A stretch of 64,000 nucleotides of DNA from Anolis carolinensis (GCF_035594765.1 NC_085846.1:12325190-12389189); one strand, 5' to 3'; shown: positions 23,304-37,684, counted from the first letter of the stretch. Made by a program: numbers and translations. The notes: a model not told the origin generated them from the letters alone.

Positions 23304-24579
23304 GTAAGAGCTTTGTTAATGCTGCACTTGTTTTTGAAATCACATAGTAAAGTATATCTAACAGAAGCTTACTGTTTATCCTTCCTGTTTGCTCTCAAAA
23401 TATCCTCCTTCCTTAGGATGATTTCTGTTCCAAATCTGTTGGTTTAGCTATCACTAGTATTTGCAATTTTAGCTTTTCCAAATTTGATGATTTGTGGATT
23501 TGATTAATGTGTTAGCTGTATTTATTTATTACATTTGTATCCCGCCCTTCTCACCCAAAAGGAGACTCAGGGCGGCTTACGATAAAACACACGTATATAA
23601 AAATATAAAATTCAATACAAATCAATTAAAATAGTTAACTAATTAATTACAGCAACATTCATAAAATACAATACTAAATAGCAGATAAGCACAATCAGAT
23701 CTAAAAATACGAGTCTATCAAATTGAATTCCAGCACACATTATAATACTTAATGCTGCTAGTGTTGTTTGACCCACAACCAGGTCTTAACTTTCCTACGA
23801 AAGGATAAGAGGTGTTAGCTGTAGGACTCTTTAGGACCTCCAAAATGACTCTGTGATCAGCTTCTGCTGGAAGTTGACTGTAACGTTGCCCTGAAGGACC
23901 TATAGGTTCTTAGAGAGGTATTTTCTGATTTACAAAAGAGTATTTTTAATTTTCTATTTCCCCCCTTTCATTGGGATGATACAATGAGTTAAACCCTTGT
24001 GCCATCTGGACTGCTGACCTGAAGGTTGCTGGTTCAAATTCGCAAGACTTAGTGAGCTCTCCTCTGTCAGCTCTAGCTTGCGGGGACATGAGAAAACCCC
24101 GGGTGTCCCTTGGGCAACGTCTCTGTATACGGCTAATTTTCTCACACCAGATGCAACTTGCAGTATGTTCTCAAGTCGCTTCTGGCATGAAAAAAAGGGA
24201 CCCTGCAACCCTAACTCTCATGAATATAGATGGACTACTGTAAACCCATTTCCAAATGAAACTTTGTAAGTTTCGTGACTGCTTTATTCTTTCTTGCCTC
24301 TTTAGTTTTAGCATCCATTGTACATACAGATTCGTTTGTATTCCCGATCATCAGGATTCGAAACCTGTTAAGTTAAAAAGGAAAGTTCAGGGATTGCTGG
24401 AATGCCTTCTTTTATGTCATTAGCAAGTGAGAAAATTCAGACTATCAGGACATTGTCTTCTGTATCAATAACAAGACTTGATGTCAGCAATCCAAATTAT
24501 TGTTTGGTCATCTTGTTCAAAACGTGATGTGATTTTGGAAATGCCTTGTCTTTTCACACTGCGAAATATCTTATTTTAG

Positions 24580-24745
24580 CAGCGCTATGCGGCGTGCCCT
24601 CCATGGGTCGAATCATCGGTGGCATGAATGCCCAAAGGGGACAGTGGCCCTGGCAGGTCAACCTTAACTTTGACGGTCATCACGTCTGCGGAGCTACTCT
24701 CATTGCCCCACAGTGGCTGGTCACAGCCGCACACTGCTTTCCTCC
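24580..24745 (+). CDS. PRSS8: Prostasin exon 3: activation site R|IIGG and catalytic His (AAHC)
   Basis: [25 protein letters not shown]...[10 protein letters not shown]; TAGCAG tandem acceptor; CC|GTAAGT donor. Confidence 0.93.
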
Positions 24746-26075
24746 GTAAGTGTTAAACATCCACAGAATGTGATATTGATGTGAGTGTTGGGAAGTGGAA
24801 ACGGGACACTGTGGTGCCTTCTGTGGGATTTAAATGTTGGTGGGTTCAAGATCCAGACGTAGTTTGGAAGCCGATGAGATGTAGGGTCAGTACTAATTTT
24901 GGAGTCTGGAAGACACAATGTATCTTCTTGTGTATGTTGTCTTTTTAAAAATGTAATTAAAAAGTCCACTTTTTGTATGTTTTGAAGGAAAAAGAATTTT
25001 ACCCTAAACTCAGCCCATGGGGATCATGACATATGTGTTCTGTTTTTAACAGTTCAAAGCACTTAATGCAGTGTTTCTCAACCTGTGGGTCCCCAATGTT
25101 TTGGCCTACAACTCCCAGAAATCCCAGCCAGTTCACCAGCTGTTAGGATTTCTGGGATTTGAAGACCAACACATCTGGGGACCCACAGGTTGAGAGGTAA
25201 GGTAAAGGTTTTCCCCTGACATCACGCACAGTCGAGTCTGACTGAGCCAGTGTTGTCCATAGACACCTCCAAGGTCATGTGGTTGGCATGACTGCATGGA
25301 GTGCCGTTACTTTTCTGCCAGAGCGGTACCTATTGATCTACCCACATTTGCATGTTTTCAAACAGCTAGGTTGGCAGAAGCTGGAGCTGACCGTGGGAGC
25401 TCACCCCACTCCTCAGATTCAAACCGCTGACCTTTCGATCAGCAAGTTCAGCAGCTCAGCGGTTTAACCTGCTGTGCCAACGGAGGTTCCCATAGGTTTC
25501 ATTAACTTAATGTATCTTCTCCATTCCCCATTCAAATTTTAATATCTGAGCCACTGTGCTATGAGAGTTCTTGGGCAGCGGCTGCCTGGCTTATGAATCC
25601 CCAGTAGCCGAAAGAAAATGATCCTTCTTAGAACCTAGAAAAAATATTTTGAGGTGATAATTCCCAGAATCCACTAATAGTCATGCTACTTGGAGGTTGC
25701 AGTCCGAATCCTAACTTTCTGAATGTCTAATTTTTTATGCATTTCATTGATTTGTGAGGAAAACCTGTCTCATTATCTTGTGACATCAAGCAGTTTATTA
25801 GCCTTGTCCAATGGCTAAATGTAAACGCCACATTGAGAAGTAAACTAACTCTAAACATCAATTGCTCAGGATAATGAAGTGGCAAACATTGCCTTCTCTT
25901 CCTTTTTCTGTACTTCTTAGTTGTCTGGCCAATGTTGGACATGAAGAGGTTGGACTGGGTGAGTTCTTAGACTAATCCAGCAGAGATGTTCTTATCAACC
26001 TACATCTTGCCTTCCTTTTGTATCTTAGAAATGTATTTTGATGGAGTCCTGATTCTTTCTTTTTTCTCTCTCTAG

Positions 26076-26350
26076 AGTAAATCCCATAGATAGGTATGAG
26101 GTGACCTTGGGGGCCTTCCAGCTTAAAAACCCCTCGGATGACCTTGTGGAGAAACTGATCCAAGAAGTGCTGAAACACCCCGAATATACTGACGATGAGG
26201 GGTCGAAAGGGGACATTGCCCTTGTAAAACTTAAGGAACCGGTCTCCTACACTCGGACAATCCGGCCCATCTGCCTGCCTGCCTCTACTGTCGATTTCCC
26301 CAGAGGAATGAAATGCACCGTCACTGGCTGGGGAAACATCCTCACATCTA
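26076..26350 (+). CDS. PRSS8: Prostasin exon 4: catalytic Asp (GDIALV)
   Basis: YEVTLGAFQL...GSKGDIALVKL...IRPICLPA...CTVTGWG closely parallels human prostasin; phases 2 to 1. Confidence 0.95.
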
Positions 26351-26497
26351 GTAAGTAAGGAATTTTAATCTGGGAAACATAGTCCTTCTTGCCTGCTCAG
26401 CAGTGAAAGGTGTCTTGATGCTGTGGATCTGTTGTCTTTTATTGCTATGAAAACCACAAAAGAAATCCTGGGCTCCAAGCTGATACATTGTGTATGT

Positions 26498-26631
26498 CAG
26501 GCATGGGCAAACTTGGGCCCTCCAGGTGTTTTGGACTTCAACTCCCACAATTCCTAACAGCCGGTAGGCTGTTAGGAATTGTGGGAGTTGAAGTCCAAAA
26601 CACCTGGAGGGCCCAAGTGTGCCCATTCCTG
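26498..26631. mobile_element. Short palindromic hAT MITE (family A) in PRSS8 intron 4
   Basis: Near-perfect stem of about 64 bp with CAGGCATGGGCAAACTT end. Partial copies also at 40222-40314, 41069-41120, 53864-54012 and 60913-61012. Confidence 0.85.
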
Positions 26632-27160
26632 GTTCATATACATGAAAACCGCAGCCCAATCATACTAAAATCAAAACATTAAAACAACAGTGAAATAACA
26701 AAGTCTGCAGCAACTAATAGAGAACAAAAAGAGACAGCAATCAGAAGATCTCAGCAGAGTGGCTGTTTTACAATCACAGTGCCACGACTAATAAGGTTTC
26801 AATCAGATAAGAGTAGAAATACAGGTTGAGCATCTCTTATCCTGAATTCCAAAATCCAAAACACCTCTGGTCCCAAGGATTTTGGATAACCTGTAGTAAT
26901 GAAAAGGCTTTGGTTGTGTATATATAGAACACCTTTTTTTCTTGAATGGAGCCAAAGTATTATTCAACCTCTTTCCAGGAAGAGGGTCGATATTTGCAGA
27001 CTTGAGACATTCAGCACTTCTTTCTTTGTAACGTAATACTTGGGAAAGGCAGTACTTGTGATTTTTGTAATTATTACAAATATTGTGTATAAAATTGCCT
27101 TCAGATTGTGTCCCTAAGATATATTTGGGCACTGACTCTGGATTTTCTCCTTCCGTTCAG

Positions 27161-27327
27161 CGAGCCTTCCTTCACCCATGACGCTGCAGCAGCTTGAAGT
27201 GCCTATCATCGGACTGGATACTTGCAAGTGCCTCTATAGCAAAGACCCAGATCCCGAAGACCCTCATGTCCTCCACAATGATATGATGTGTGCTGGCTTC
27301 GCTGAAGGAAAGAAAGATGCCTGTCAG
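27161..27327 (+). CDS. PRSS8: Prostasin exon 5 (LQQLEVP...KDACQ)
   Basis: CKCLYSKDPDPEDPH matches the prostasin CNCLY..PEEPH segment; S1 Asp in KDAC; CAG|GTAAGA donor. Confidence 0.95.
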
Positions 27328-27736
27328 GTAAGAGCTCCCTTAGAAGCTTGTTATTTGGCAAAGCAAGATTGACGAACTGGCATCTTGTTAATTTAGTGTC
27401 AGATATGTGTGAGTGGTTCGAATCTACAGATGGGGTGAGCTCCCGTTGTTAGCCCCAGCTTCTGCCAACCTAGCAGTTCAAAAACATGCAAATGTGAGTA
27501 GATCAATAAGTATCGCTCAGGTAGGAAGATAACGGGACTCCATGCAGTCATGCCGGCCACATGACCTAGGCAGCGTCTACGGACAATGCTGGCTCTTCAG
27601 CTTAGAAATGGAGATGAGCACCAACCCTCGTTCATATTTGACTAGACTGAATGTCAAGGGGGAAACCTTATGTGTGGGCTTATGTTAAATTTGATGCAAG
27701 AATTGTTACTTGTATTAATAAGAGGCACACTATAGA

Positions 27737-28050
27737 AAAGGTAAAGGTTTTCTCCTGACGTTAAGTCCAGTCATGTCTGACTCTGGGGGTTGGTGCTCAT
27801 CTCCATTTCTAGGCCAAAGAGCCAGAGTTGTCCATAGATACCTCCAAGGTCATGTGGCCGGCATGACTGCATGGAGCGCCGTTACCTTCCTGCCAGAGTG
27901 GTACCTATTAATCTACTCACATTGGCATGTTTTCGAACTGCTAGGTTGGCAGGAGCTGGAGCTAACAGCGGTCGCTCACGCCATGGGTTTGAACCTGGGA
28001 CCTTTCGGTTTCCAGCTCAGTGCTTTAACGCACTTCGCCACCGGGGCTCC
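27737..28050 (-). mobile_element. Sauria SINE, full length
   Basis: 14-bp TSD GAGGCACACTATAG. Confidence 0.92.
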
Positions 28051-28631
28051 TGAGGCACACTATAGTGGAGATATTTTGTGTGTGTGTGGGAGGGAGGAAT
28101 GAAGATGGATGGATAGATGTACGTTTGGATTTAGCAGCAACTCAGATGGCTCTGAACATTTTTACATAGAGAGTGGGACAAAGGAAGGGGCTGGTCCAGC
28201 AATTTCATCCCTCCCAGTATCTCACAGAAAAAACTAGGGGCACTTGTTTCAGCAACATCAATGTTTGGACAAAATAGGTACAGCTGGACAAAAGGAGAAA
28301 AAAAGTTATTAATGAGGAAGAAAACACAATAGTACTACTATAAACAAGCAATCTTGATATTTATGTTGAGTTTAAGAAAGCTGGAAAAAAATTAAAAACC
28401 AATAAATAAATATAATACTATCTCTGTGTATGGCTCAGAATTATAACTTTTTCTCATATCTGTGATCACTCTGTGATATCTGTGATCATGCTCAGCACCT
28501 TCACACACTATATAAGTCAAATCCCCCTAGCATTCCTGAATTCATTGGGGCCTACTTCTGATTAGATATGTATATAATTGCATTGTTAATTTGGAAGGAA
28601 TAGTGCTCTATATAAGAAGACTCTCGAAGCA

Positions 28632-28885
28632 GTTTTTTCTTCGTGTCAGGAGCGACTTGAGAAACTGCAAGATGCTTCTGGTGTGAGGGACTTGGCCTTC
28701 TGCAATGACGTTGCCCAGGGGACGCCTGGATGTTTAATGTTTTTACCATCCTGTGGGAGGCTTCTTTCATGTCCCCACATGGGGAGCTGGAGCTGACAGA
28801 GGGAGCTCATCCCACCATCCTGGATTCGAACCGTCAACCTGTCAGTCAGCAGTACACTTTAATGCATTGCGCCACCGGGGGCTCC
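28632..28885 (-). mobile_element. tRNA-derived SINE with Vingi-type 3' tail
   Basis: Sauria-like head, tail CAAGTCGCTCCTGACACGAAGAAA. Related copies at 23975-24197 (+) and 50007-50258 (-). Confidence 0.6.
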
Positions 28886-29345
28886 TTGAAGCAGTAAATC
28901 AGTCTTTACTTGTCTTGGAGTTCCACAAGTTACAGTTTCTTTCCTATGAAGCTATCCATGGCTGGCACAAAGAAAGAAAATAGATACTGTAAATCAAAAA
29001 GAAGAAGTGTGGAGAGGAGAGAACCACTAAAACTCAAACATATTGAAGGAGGAGGTCAAAATTATTTCCAGATAGAAATGTTTCTCTGTGGTATTGTTCC
29101 TATTTTAGCAAAATAAAAGCTGTGGTGGGGGGATCTGAAATATATAACTGGTTACTTTTTGGACTGCATCTTCTAGAGCCATGAGTCAGTGCCCATGGAT
29201 GCTGAAGAAAGCCTGAGAGTTGCAGTCCAAAGCAAGTAACTTCTCCAGTTTTGGGGTGGCACTTTGGCTCTGTAAACTGGTGAGTTCTCAAATGCAGCTA
29301 TTGCTGCCACACTCTTCCCTCTGTAACACCCTTTGTTTTTCCTAG

Positions 29346-29735
29346 GGTGACTCCGGCGGACCCCTGTCCTGCCGAATTGGTGACGCTTGGTTGCTGGCTG
29401 GAGTCGTGAGCTGGGGGGATGCCTGTGGGGCTGCCAACAGACCCGGCGTCTATATCCGCACCGCAGCCTATGCTGACTGGATTAAGGAGAAGGTTCCCGA
29501 GGTGGCGCTCAGCAATGTGGTTGCCAGCATGGAACCAGTTTCTGAAACAGGCATGTGCTCCAATACTTCTAGCACTAGTGACCGAGGACCTTACGATGAT
29601 ATTCAGCCCTTACCCGGGTGGAACCGTCCCCTCAACCCCAGCCAACCTCCCCCAGGCAGTGCAGCCCCTTCGCTTTCATCAGCCAGCCTCTCCCTTATTT
29701 TCCTTCTCTTCCAGAGTTTCTATTATCTTCTATAA
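29346..29735 (+). CDS. PRSS8: Prostasin last coding exon: catalytic Ser (GDSGGP) and GPI-anchor signal
   Basis: GDSGGPLSC...[16 protein letters not shown]; hydrophobic C-terminus [15 protein letters not shown]. The joined CDS is 1107 nt. Tail-to-tail with KAT8, as in human. Confidence 0.95.
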   Translation, partial: GDSGGPLSCRIGDAWLLAGVVSWGDACGAANRPGVYIRTAAYADWIKEKVPEVALSNVVASMEPVSETGMCSNTSSTSDRGPYDDIQPLPGWNRPLNPSQPPPGSAAPSLSSASLSLIFLLFQSFYYLL

Positions 29736-31435
29736 ATTGCACCACAAATGTTGCACCCAATTGTGTAGGGAGAGTGTCCCTTCCTACTCCCATACTCAGT
29801 GGAAGGTCCCACTATTTCACAATTGCACACCTTTTTTGCTTTGTGTTCTAAGCGTATTTAATTCTGTTATTAAATGGCAACCTTTTGCTAGTGCAGAGGT
29901 TTCTATCAAGCCTTAGGTTTCAGCCCAATGTTTACCTCATAGGCACACCTTGAGCCTCCGCCTGCTACATACCTTTTATGTGCCAATAGAAAATAATGGT
30001 TCATGCTTCAGGTTTCTTTTAATTCTTGGCACTCTCACTCTTTGGTTTGTGTGTGTGCGCGTGTGTTTAATTTCACATCATGGTATAATGCAATTTCTTA
30101 ACACCAAATGGCCGTCTCTTTTCCAACTTGGCTTTTGAATCTCTATGTTATAAAGTTCCATTTACATTTTAATGGCTTGCTATCGGATTCTAATGTCAGA
30201 CTAATAATCTGTTTTCCTTGTCCTGTCTTCTTTCAACTTATTTCATATATTTTTTTCTAAAAAAAACCTTGGACCTCAGTCTGCTCCATGTAGATATTCC
30301 TCTTGTTCTCCTCCTTTCTTGTAGCCTTTCCAGCCTTGATAACCAGTCTGCTCAGTCCTTAACTACTGTGGCTACGATATTAGTTCCCTTTGGTAGTCCT
30401 TTTTCTTCCTAAATGCCTGCCCATCCTTTCTATTTGAGTCTAACAAGAGACCACAGATGCGCAGGTGTGTCTGGCCCAAAGCTAAATGTGCCATGTTTTC
30501 CAAGTTGCATTGGCAGTCTGTAAACCGCTGTGTGCTAACCCAAAGGTCTTGATCCTTCACAGGACAGCCTAAAGGAATCTAAGCTATCCCTACCTAGATA
30601 CCCTTGAAGGGTGATTTTGGGGGTCCCTGTTTTTTAGTCAGACAGGACCTGAGTCTATGGTAGAGATTGTAAGTGGAAGGCACCTATGAGAGTATCTTGA
30701 CAGGCCTCCCGTCTATATTCATACAGATTTGTTCAACACTACTGATGAAGAATGTTCAGTGGCACCTGGTCTGCTCTCTGCTTTTTGGATTTTGCTGGCC
30801 AGCTTGTTTGTGGCGTACATCTTTGGGACGGTCTAAGGCTCCCACCTTTACCCTTCCAGCTCAGTGACTTTTTGAAAAAGGAGCTATGGAGCCAACCTAT
30901 TGCCTGTTACATTTTGATCCAGCCCCAACTCTTGTGTTGACTGTACTATAGGTTTACCTCACTTGGACATTTCCATTTTGTGTCGATGGATCTTTCCAGG
31001 CGTGATTGAAGCTGTCAGGGTGTGTGTGTGTATGCATGTGCGTGAATGTCACAAGAGATTTTGGGAAATGATGTCATCAAGGCAATGTTCTCTCTGAATT
31101 CAGCATCCTGTATTGTTAGCTTGACAGTTTTATTTATGGTGTGTGACTCAAATATGAAGCAAGTAGGATGTAACACTTTGACGTAAGTGTGCTGGCATGT
31201 TGTATGTGCAAAACCACGGCTGGTATGGACACAAGTGCCAGTAGGTGTATCTCCTCCCCCCCCCCCCCCCCCTTTTACATGAAGAATGAAGATGACAAGT
31301 GGGAAAAAATGATTGACCTCCCTGGGTACTTGCAGACATTTTTAAGTAGCTTATATTTGCACAACTTTTTAAAAAGATGTAAGCATCGCTTTGTTGGGAA
31401 AAATGAGATATAGATGCTACTCTATTGTGGTTTTT

Positions 31436-31441
31436 AATAAA
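31436..31441 (+). promoter_or_regulatory. Candidate PRSS8 polyadenylation signal
   Basis: AATAAA about 1.7 kb after the stop, followed by GU/U-rich sequence. Confidence 0.4.
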
Positions 31442-32384
31442 CTGAATGCAAATTTTGCAATGATGAGAGCGGTGTCTTTTTTGTACTGTCTTGGTAGCCA
31501 ATTCTGCATGAAATCATGGGGGTTTTTGATTCACTATGACTGGGCAGCCAATTTGCATGTACTGAAGACAATCACTTTTATAAGGTGAGGAACATTAAAG
31601 CTTCAATAACCAGAGCAAGGCACCTGCTGTGGTAGCATTTTCTTAACTTTAGTGGGTATTACTAATAGAAGCCTCAAGCCTCAGCCAAGACATTATTGCA
31701 CATCACAGAGTTCTATCACTGAGTAGCCACAGTCACCTACGCATCTACAGCCAAGACACTACACTTGGAGGGCCATCATCCTAGGGCTACGAGGAATCAC
31801 CTAAGTAAGTAAACCACTGTTGTATTTTGTTTGTTCACATGATAGATTATGAAGAAAAAGTATTTGGGTTTATAGTGGCCTTGCATCTAGTTTCACATCC
31901 ACAAGCACTGTCAAACCCAATGGTGTGAATGAGACCTAATGAGAAGTTGCTGTGAAGGCAGAATTTTCCTTGGCATCAAGATTTTAGGTATCGCAACAAA
32001 GGCTTGATGGACAAAGTCATTCATCTCTGGGTTCAGTTGAATGTGGCAATCCAACTTTTGACCATGTCAATGTTGTAAGGTGCTGTTGCTCACGTAAGCA
32101 CATAGACAGTGATACTTCACTTCTTTTGTGTTTTTTTATTACTTAAAAATACTTCTGAAAGTAACAAAACACACTGCATACATGGAATACGAGTCCTAAA
32201 AGCTGTAGAAAGATCACAAAATGGATATTTACTTCTTCTTGGCATATCCAATTCAGAGCCCAACTGCTTTCCATCACTACTGGCCCAGTGTAAAAGAAAG
32301 GTGTGTAAATATCTTAGTAAAATATTATTATATGAAGACTGTTTGCAATCTTCCTATGTAGGTTCCATTGTGCTCAACAGACTT

Positions 32385-32390
32385 TTTATT
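32385..32390 (-). promoter_or_regulatory. Candidate KAT8 polyadenylation signal
   Basis: AATAAA on the minus strand about 0.8 kb after the stop; a second copy at 32135-32140. Confidence 0.4.
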
Positions 32391-33205
32391 TCCCCTCCAG
32401 AAAATCCATTTTAAGTTTATGACAAGTTGTCTCTGCAACAGATGACTAAAAACATAGCAGTTCACTCCGGGCTGTCACTTAAAAGGGCATTCAAAGCAAA
32501 GTTGCCCCCCCTCATTAGTAATTTAGAACCACCCAGGTTATTTTTGGTTTCCTACCACCATGATGACTCGGGGGGGAGGCAGGCTCAAAGCTGAAGGTGA
32601 TTTCTCTTGCTTGCCACATTTCCCTTGGAAAACCATTTTTGATGGATTGGCAGAATGTAAGTTCGGACTCTTACCAGCAGTCTATTGAACTAGAAATATC
32701 TGAAGACCACAAGTGTCTGGTTGTAACAAGTGTTTCCCCTAATAGTTGGCAGCATCTTTAAAACTCTTTTGACTGTGAGACGCAAGACAAACTAAACTGC
32801 AACGCTATCAGTCTTTTTTCTAAGTTACTACTGTCTGCATAAGTGAGAGAAATTATTGATCTCTCCACCAAAACAAGCCAAGTGACCCAGACTTCCCACA
32901 TCCTTCTGCGATCAGTAAGACAGATGACCTTTCGGTAGATTTTCACACCCTAAGGGGGGAAAACAACCTAACTTTCAATAGTGTTAGGGTACTGGGCATA
33001 AATGGAGGAAGCAAGGCACAGCACTCCAGCTGAACTGTTACAAAACTGGTGGAGAACCCCTGCGCTCTCGACCAACCCATCCGTTGAAAGTATGTCTGAT
33101 CAATGCAAGACCAAGACAGATACTTGGTATTAGAGCATCTCTTAAAATAAATGGTTGGTGTGTACTGGGGGTGAGCCCCTTCCATTTCTCATATCCGCTT
33201 CTTTT

Positions 33206-33270
33206 TCACTTCTTGGAAATCTTGGCCTGCTTGTGTTTGGGAGGTGCCCATCTGAGACAGAGAGAATCCA
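33206..33270 (-). CDS. KAT8: KAT8 exon 11 (last coding exon)
   Basis: VDSLCLRWAPPKHKQAKISKK*. The joined CDS is 1425 nt (474 aa). Confidence 0.96.
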
Positions 33271-34782
33271 CTGGAAAAGAGGAAACAACAGCAGAAGAAA
33301 ATAAATAATTTGGGCAGGGCAGAATCAGAAAACTGTAGGCTTGAAAGCCCCTACATATCATTCAGTCTAACCCAGGCCCCTTGAAAGGAATCTGCAACTA
33401 AATTATTCCTGTTTAGGAGCTCCAACGAAGTGTGGTCAAACAGATTTCATCATTTTTGGCACAACAGGTGAAGTTGCCTTTTAGCCAAGGTGAGATTACC
33501 GATAACTCTCAAAAGGTTATCCACATTGGAAAGATTACATTTAGTAGCCTTCTGCAGGAAGCAGCTTATACAAACATACATCATGTGATACTTTGGTGAT
33601 GTAACAGCAAACTCAAATAACCAATGTCCTGGTAAATACCTTTTGGCTCTCATAATGTTCTTATTGTTGTTCTAACTACACTGAAAGTGACTATGATGGA
33701 GAAAGGTAAATTATAGTTCTGCAAGTTTTCCATGTGAGCGATCACCAGCCTGTCTTAAACTTTCTCTGTACCAATTTCTTAAAAGAGGCCTGGAGAGGAA
33801 CCTGGCAACCTCACTGCAGCTCCAATTACATAACTGCCATCTCACCAGTACGTACACACACACACGCACATGGCCTGGCCATCTCTGAGGAAAACAATAG
33901 ATCTTTTCAACACAAATCAATCCGAAACTACCGTAAATGAAACTCTTGACTTCTCTGACTTTGAACAAGGTGGTTCTGTGTTTGCATGTAGCTATGCTTG
34001 GCAGACCCCATGACCAAGACAACGAAGCAGAACCAGCTTACAGAACTTACCTGTGTATTCAAGAGGTGGGAATATCATTTTTGTGTTTAGAATTAATACT
34101 GTGGAGCAATTAAGCCTGTCTACATTCACTCAGCAATATGACTTATGCATCCAACTAATGTAAACCAGGGTTAGGAACCCTACAAAAATTCTGGGTTATG
34201 TCAGTTTCACATACAATAACCGACTACTGTAAATATCTGCTTAATAACCAGAATCTTTAACATCACTATCATTGCATCTGAAGAAATATACTGAAACTCA
34301 CAGAAGCTTGAGCGAAAATATAAATCAGGTGCTGCTAGATTTCTTTTCCCACCCTCGCTTTTTTCCATTTTATAGTGCAATAGAATAAGGTGGCTATTTC
34401 TCTGACATCCGTATCAATCAAAGAGTCGTTATGGTGTAGTGCAGTGGTTCCCAACCTTTGGACTTCAACTCTCACAACTGCTAACAGCTGGTAAGCTGAT
34501 TGGAGTTCAGGAGGATCAAAGGTTGAGAACCACTGGTGTAATGGTTCGAGCACTGGATTCAATTCTATTGGACCAGGGTTCAAATCCCTGTTCAGCTATG
34601 AAAACCCACTGGGTGATCTCTGGCAAATCACTCTCTTTCAGCCTCAGAGGAAAGCAAAGGAAAACTCCCTTTGAGCAAATCTTGCCAAGAAATAGAGAAC
34701 TGACCAAACAAGAACCTGAGTTGTTACACAAACACACACACACACACACACACATATAGATAGAGTGACTCTTGAGAATCTA

Positions 34783-35034
<252 letters not shown>

Positions 35035-35149
35035 TTATCTGTAAGTAATTTTAATAGGAGGGCTACATAAACCTCATAATACAATGCCACAGGAGTGTAT
35101 CTGTTCCCCTTTTAGTGGTACAAGGTGCTAGAAATCAAACTGCCTCTCA

Positions 35150-35317
<168 letters not shown>

Positions 35318-35597
35318 TTAGGATCAAGGCTTGAGAGATCACACTTCAGAATCCACACATCTCAAAATCTATGCCTGGTGATGGCCCTTTAGGAAAAAGC
35401 TTAACACCTAACATTTAAATTTCAAAGATTATTTTGGGTAAAAGTTCTAGCTTACTCTCCTCACTATATGTACAGAACCGGGGGCAGTAAATTATGTCAG
35501 ATTAATTGTAGTCAAGTACAAGGGAACATGTAATAGAGGCAGAAGGAGACTGCCTTTATCTCCAGCAAACAGAACTGATTGGGAAACTAACAATTTA

Positions 35598-35720
<123 letters not shown>

Positions 35721-36229
35721 CTAGAAATAAAAAACAAATCAAAGTAGGAAAAAGAAAAAGAAAAAAAGGGGGAAGCAAGAAACATGCCACTGCATGCAAA
35801 ATCACAACATCTGCTGTATAAGGCAAGAAACATGTCCAGTAGCGGGTACTATGCCTTGTAGTCTCCAAGAAAGAAATGAGACAAAGAAGCGTCCCCTTTT
35901 AGCTCAATCATGACTGCTAAGTTAACGCCTCTTTTGATCAGACAGTCTCCTGAAGTAGATAAAATAATGGATTTCCTAATTTTCCCTTTCTGTCTTGGTC
36001 AGTTTTCTTTTGGTACTGATTTCTAACAAATGTATACTACATTGCATGCCAAATGAAAAGAGGTACATAAATGCATAACGAACAAAATAACATTTCTAGT
36101 TCTTGAAGCTATTAAGACATGCTCATTAGGGGGAAAATGGCAAGGTAAATTTCCAATAAATAAAGTAGATACACTCCCAATAGGGTTTCTAGCCATTAAA
36201 AAGGAATAAATATTTGGCAAAGTGATAAC

Positions 36230-37010
36230 AAATTTAAAACAAAATGAATTGAAACTGATAAAGAAAACTCCTCAACCCAGACGGGACAATCAAAGACTAG
36301 GGGATAACGATAAAGGATAACTGTGGTCAATGTAACTGGCTTTTATGGAATCAGTTGAAACAAAGGCTTATATTATTGGAGGAATAAAGAAGGTCCAGAA
36401 ACAGATTTTGACCAAACTTTCAAGCGGAAATTAGAAAAGGAGAAAGGCCTGTAGGTTTCATATACATGAAATTAGTTGGAAAATAATATAAATAGAAAAC
36501 ATTGGCAGAGATATGGAAAGAGGACCTGAATAGTAACGAGTCAGACACTGAACACTGGATCAATTCAATTTAAGAAATCAAGCACATAAGAACTTTAGAA
36601 ACATAAAGGAAAATACTGACCAAATGGTATAGGACCCCAGATAAATTATCTCACATAACTAAATCAATTGGAAAATTATGTTGGCACAGATGTGGAAAAA
36701 TTGGCTCCTACATGCATATGTAGTATGACAAAGTACAAAAAATTCTTTAACAAGGTAAAGAAGGAAGTGGAAAAATTAATAGGGCATAAACTGGAGTTGA
36801 TTAAAAAGGAATTATTCACCCAGAAGGTAGATAGGAATAAAAATAATTAAAGATTGGGCAGAAAGTATCAAATATATGACAGTCGCCACCCAAGCAATGA
36901 TGGCCTTGGGCTGGAAAGAACACAGAAAATGGGAAGTCAAAAATGGTTTGAATATTATGCAGATTTTGTACTTCAGAATTACATCCTGGATTACATCCAA
37001 AAACACATCA
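36230..37010 (+). mobile_element. Degenerate L1/Tx1-like LINE fragment in KAT8 intron 7
   Basis: A-rich strand with KWYRTPDKL..LCWHRCGKIGSYMHM zinc-knuckle remnant. Confidence 0.55.
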
Positions 37011-37054
37011 GGCCGAATCAAGACAAATTGGGATTTGTTTTGGTGAAGAATTTA

Positions 37055-37351
<297 letters not shown>

Positions 37352-37684
37352 CTAAGTAACAAGGAGAGAAACAAAAACAGTAAAAAACAGTAAAAATGAC
37401 ACAAGCAGAAACAAATAGAAGATTCCAAATATTCAAAGAGCAAATGAAATATGAAAAACACTGTATGTATGGGAGAGGAAAGTAATATGCCTGGCTAATA
37501 ACTAGTCAGGGTTCTGTGGGTTGGGGGGCTGGCTTCTTATCTGGAGAGCAGTGGTTCCAAGATTTAGTTACAAGGTTGGTTTGACAGACACTAGTATTTT
37601 CCCATATAGCAGACTGACTAATAATGCTCACGGACAACAAAAGCAAGAACTGGCAGAGAAACAGCAACTGAAGTGAGCCCACAC

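Noticed and set aside
29419-29916. 165-aa alternative-frame ORF in the last PRSS8 exon
   Set aside because: Internal to a spliced exon, no recognisable domain and no route to initiation.
35860-35960. Intronic C/D snoRNA in KAT8
   Set aside because: No proper RUGAUGA box C paired with a terminal CUGA and stem on the sense strand.
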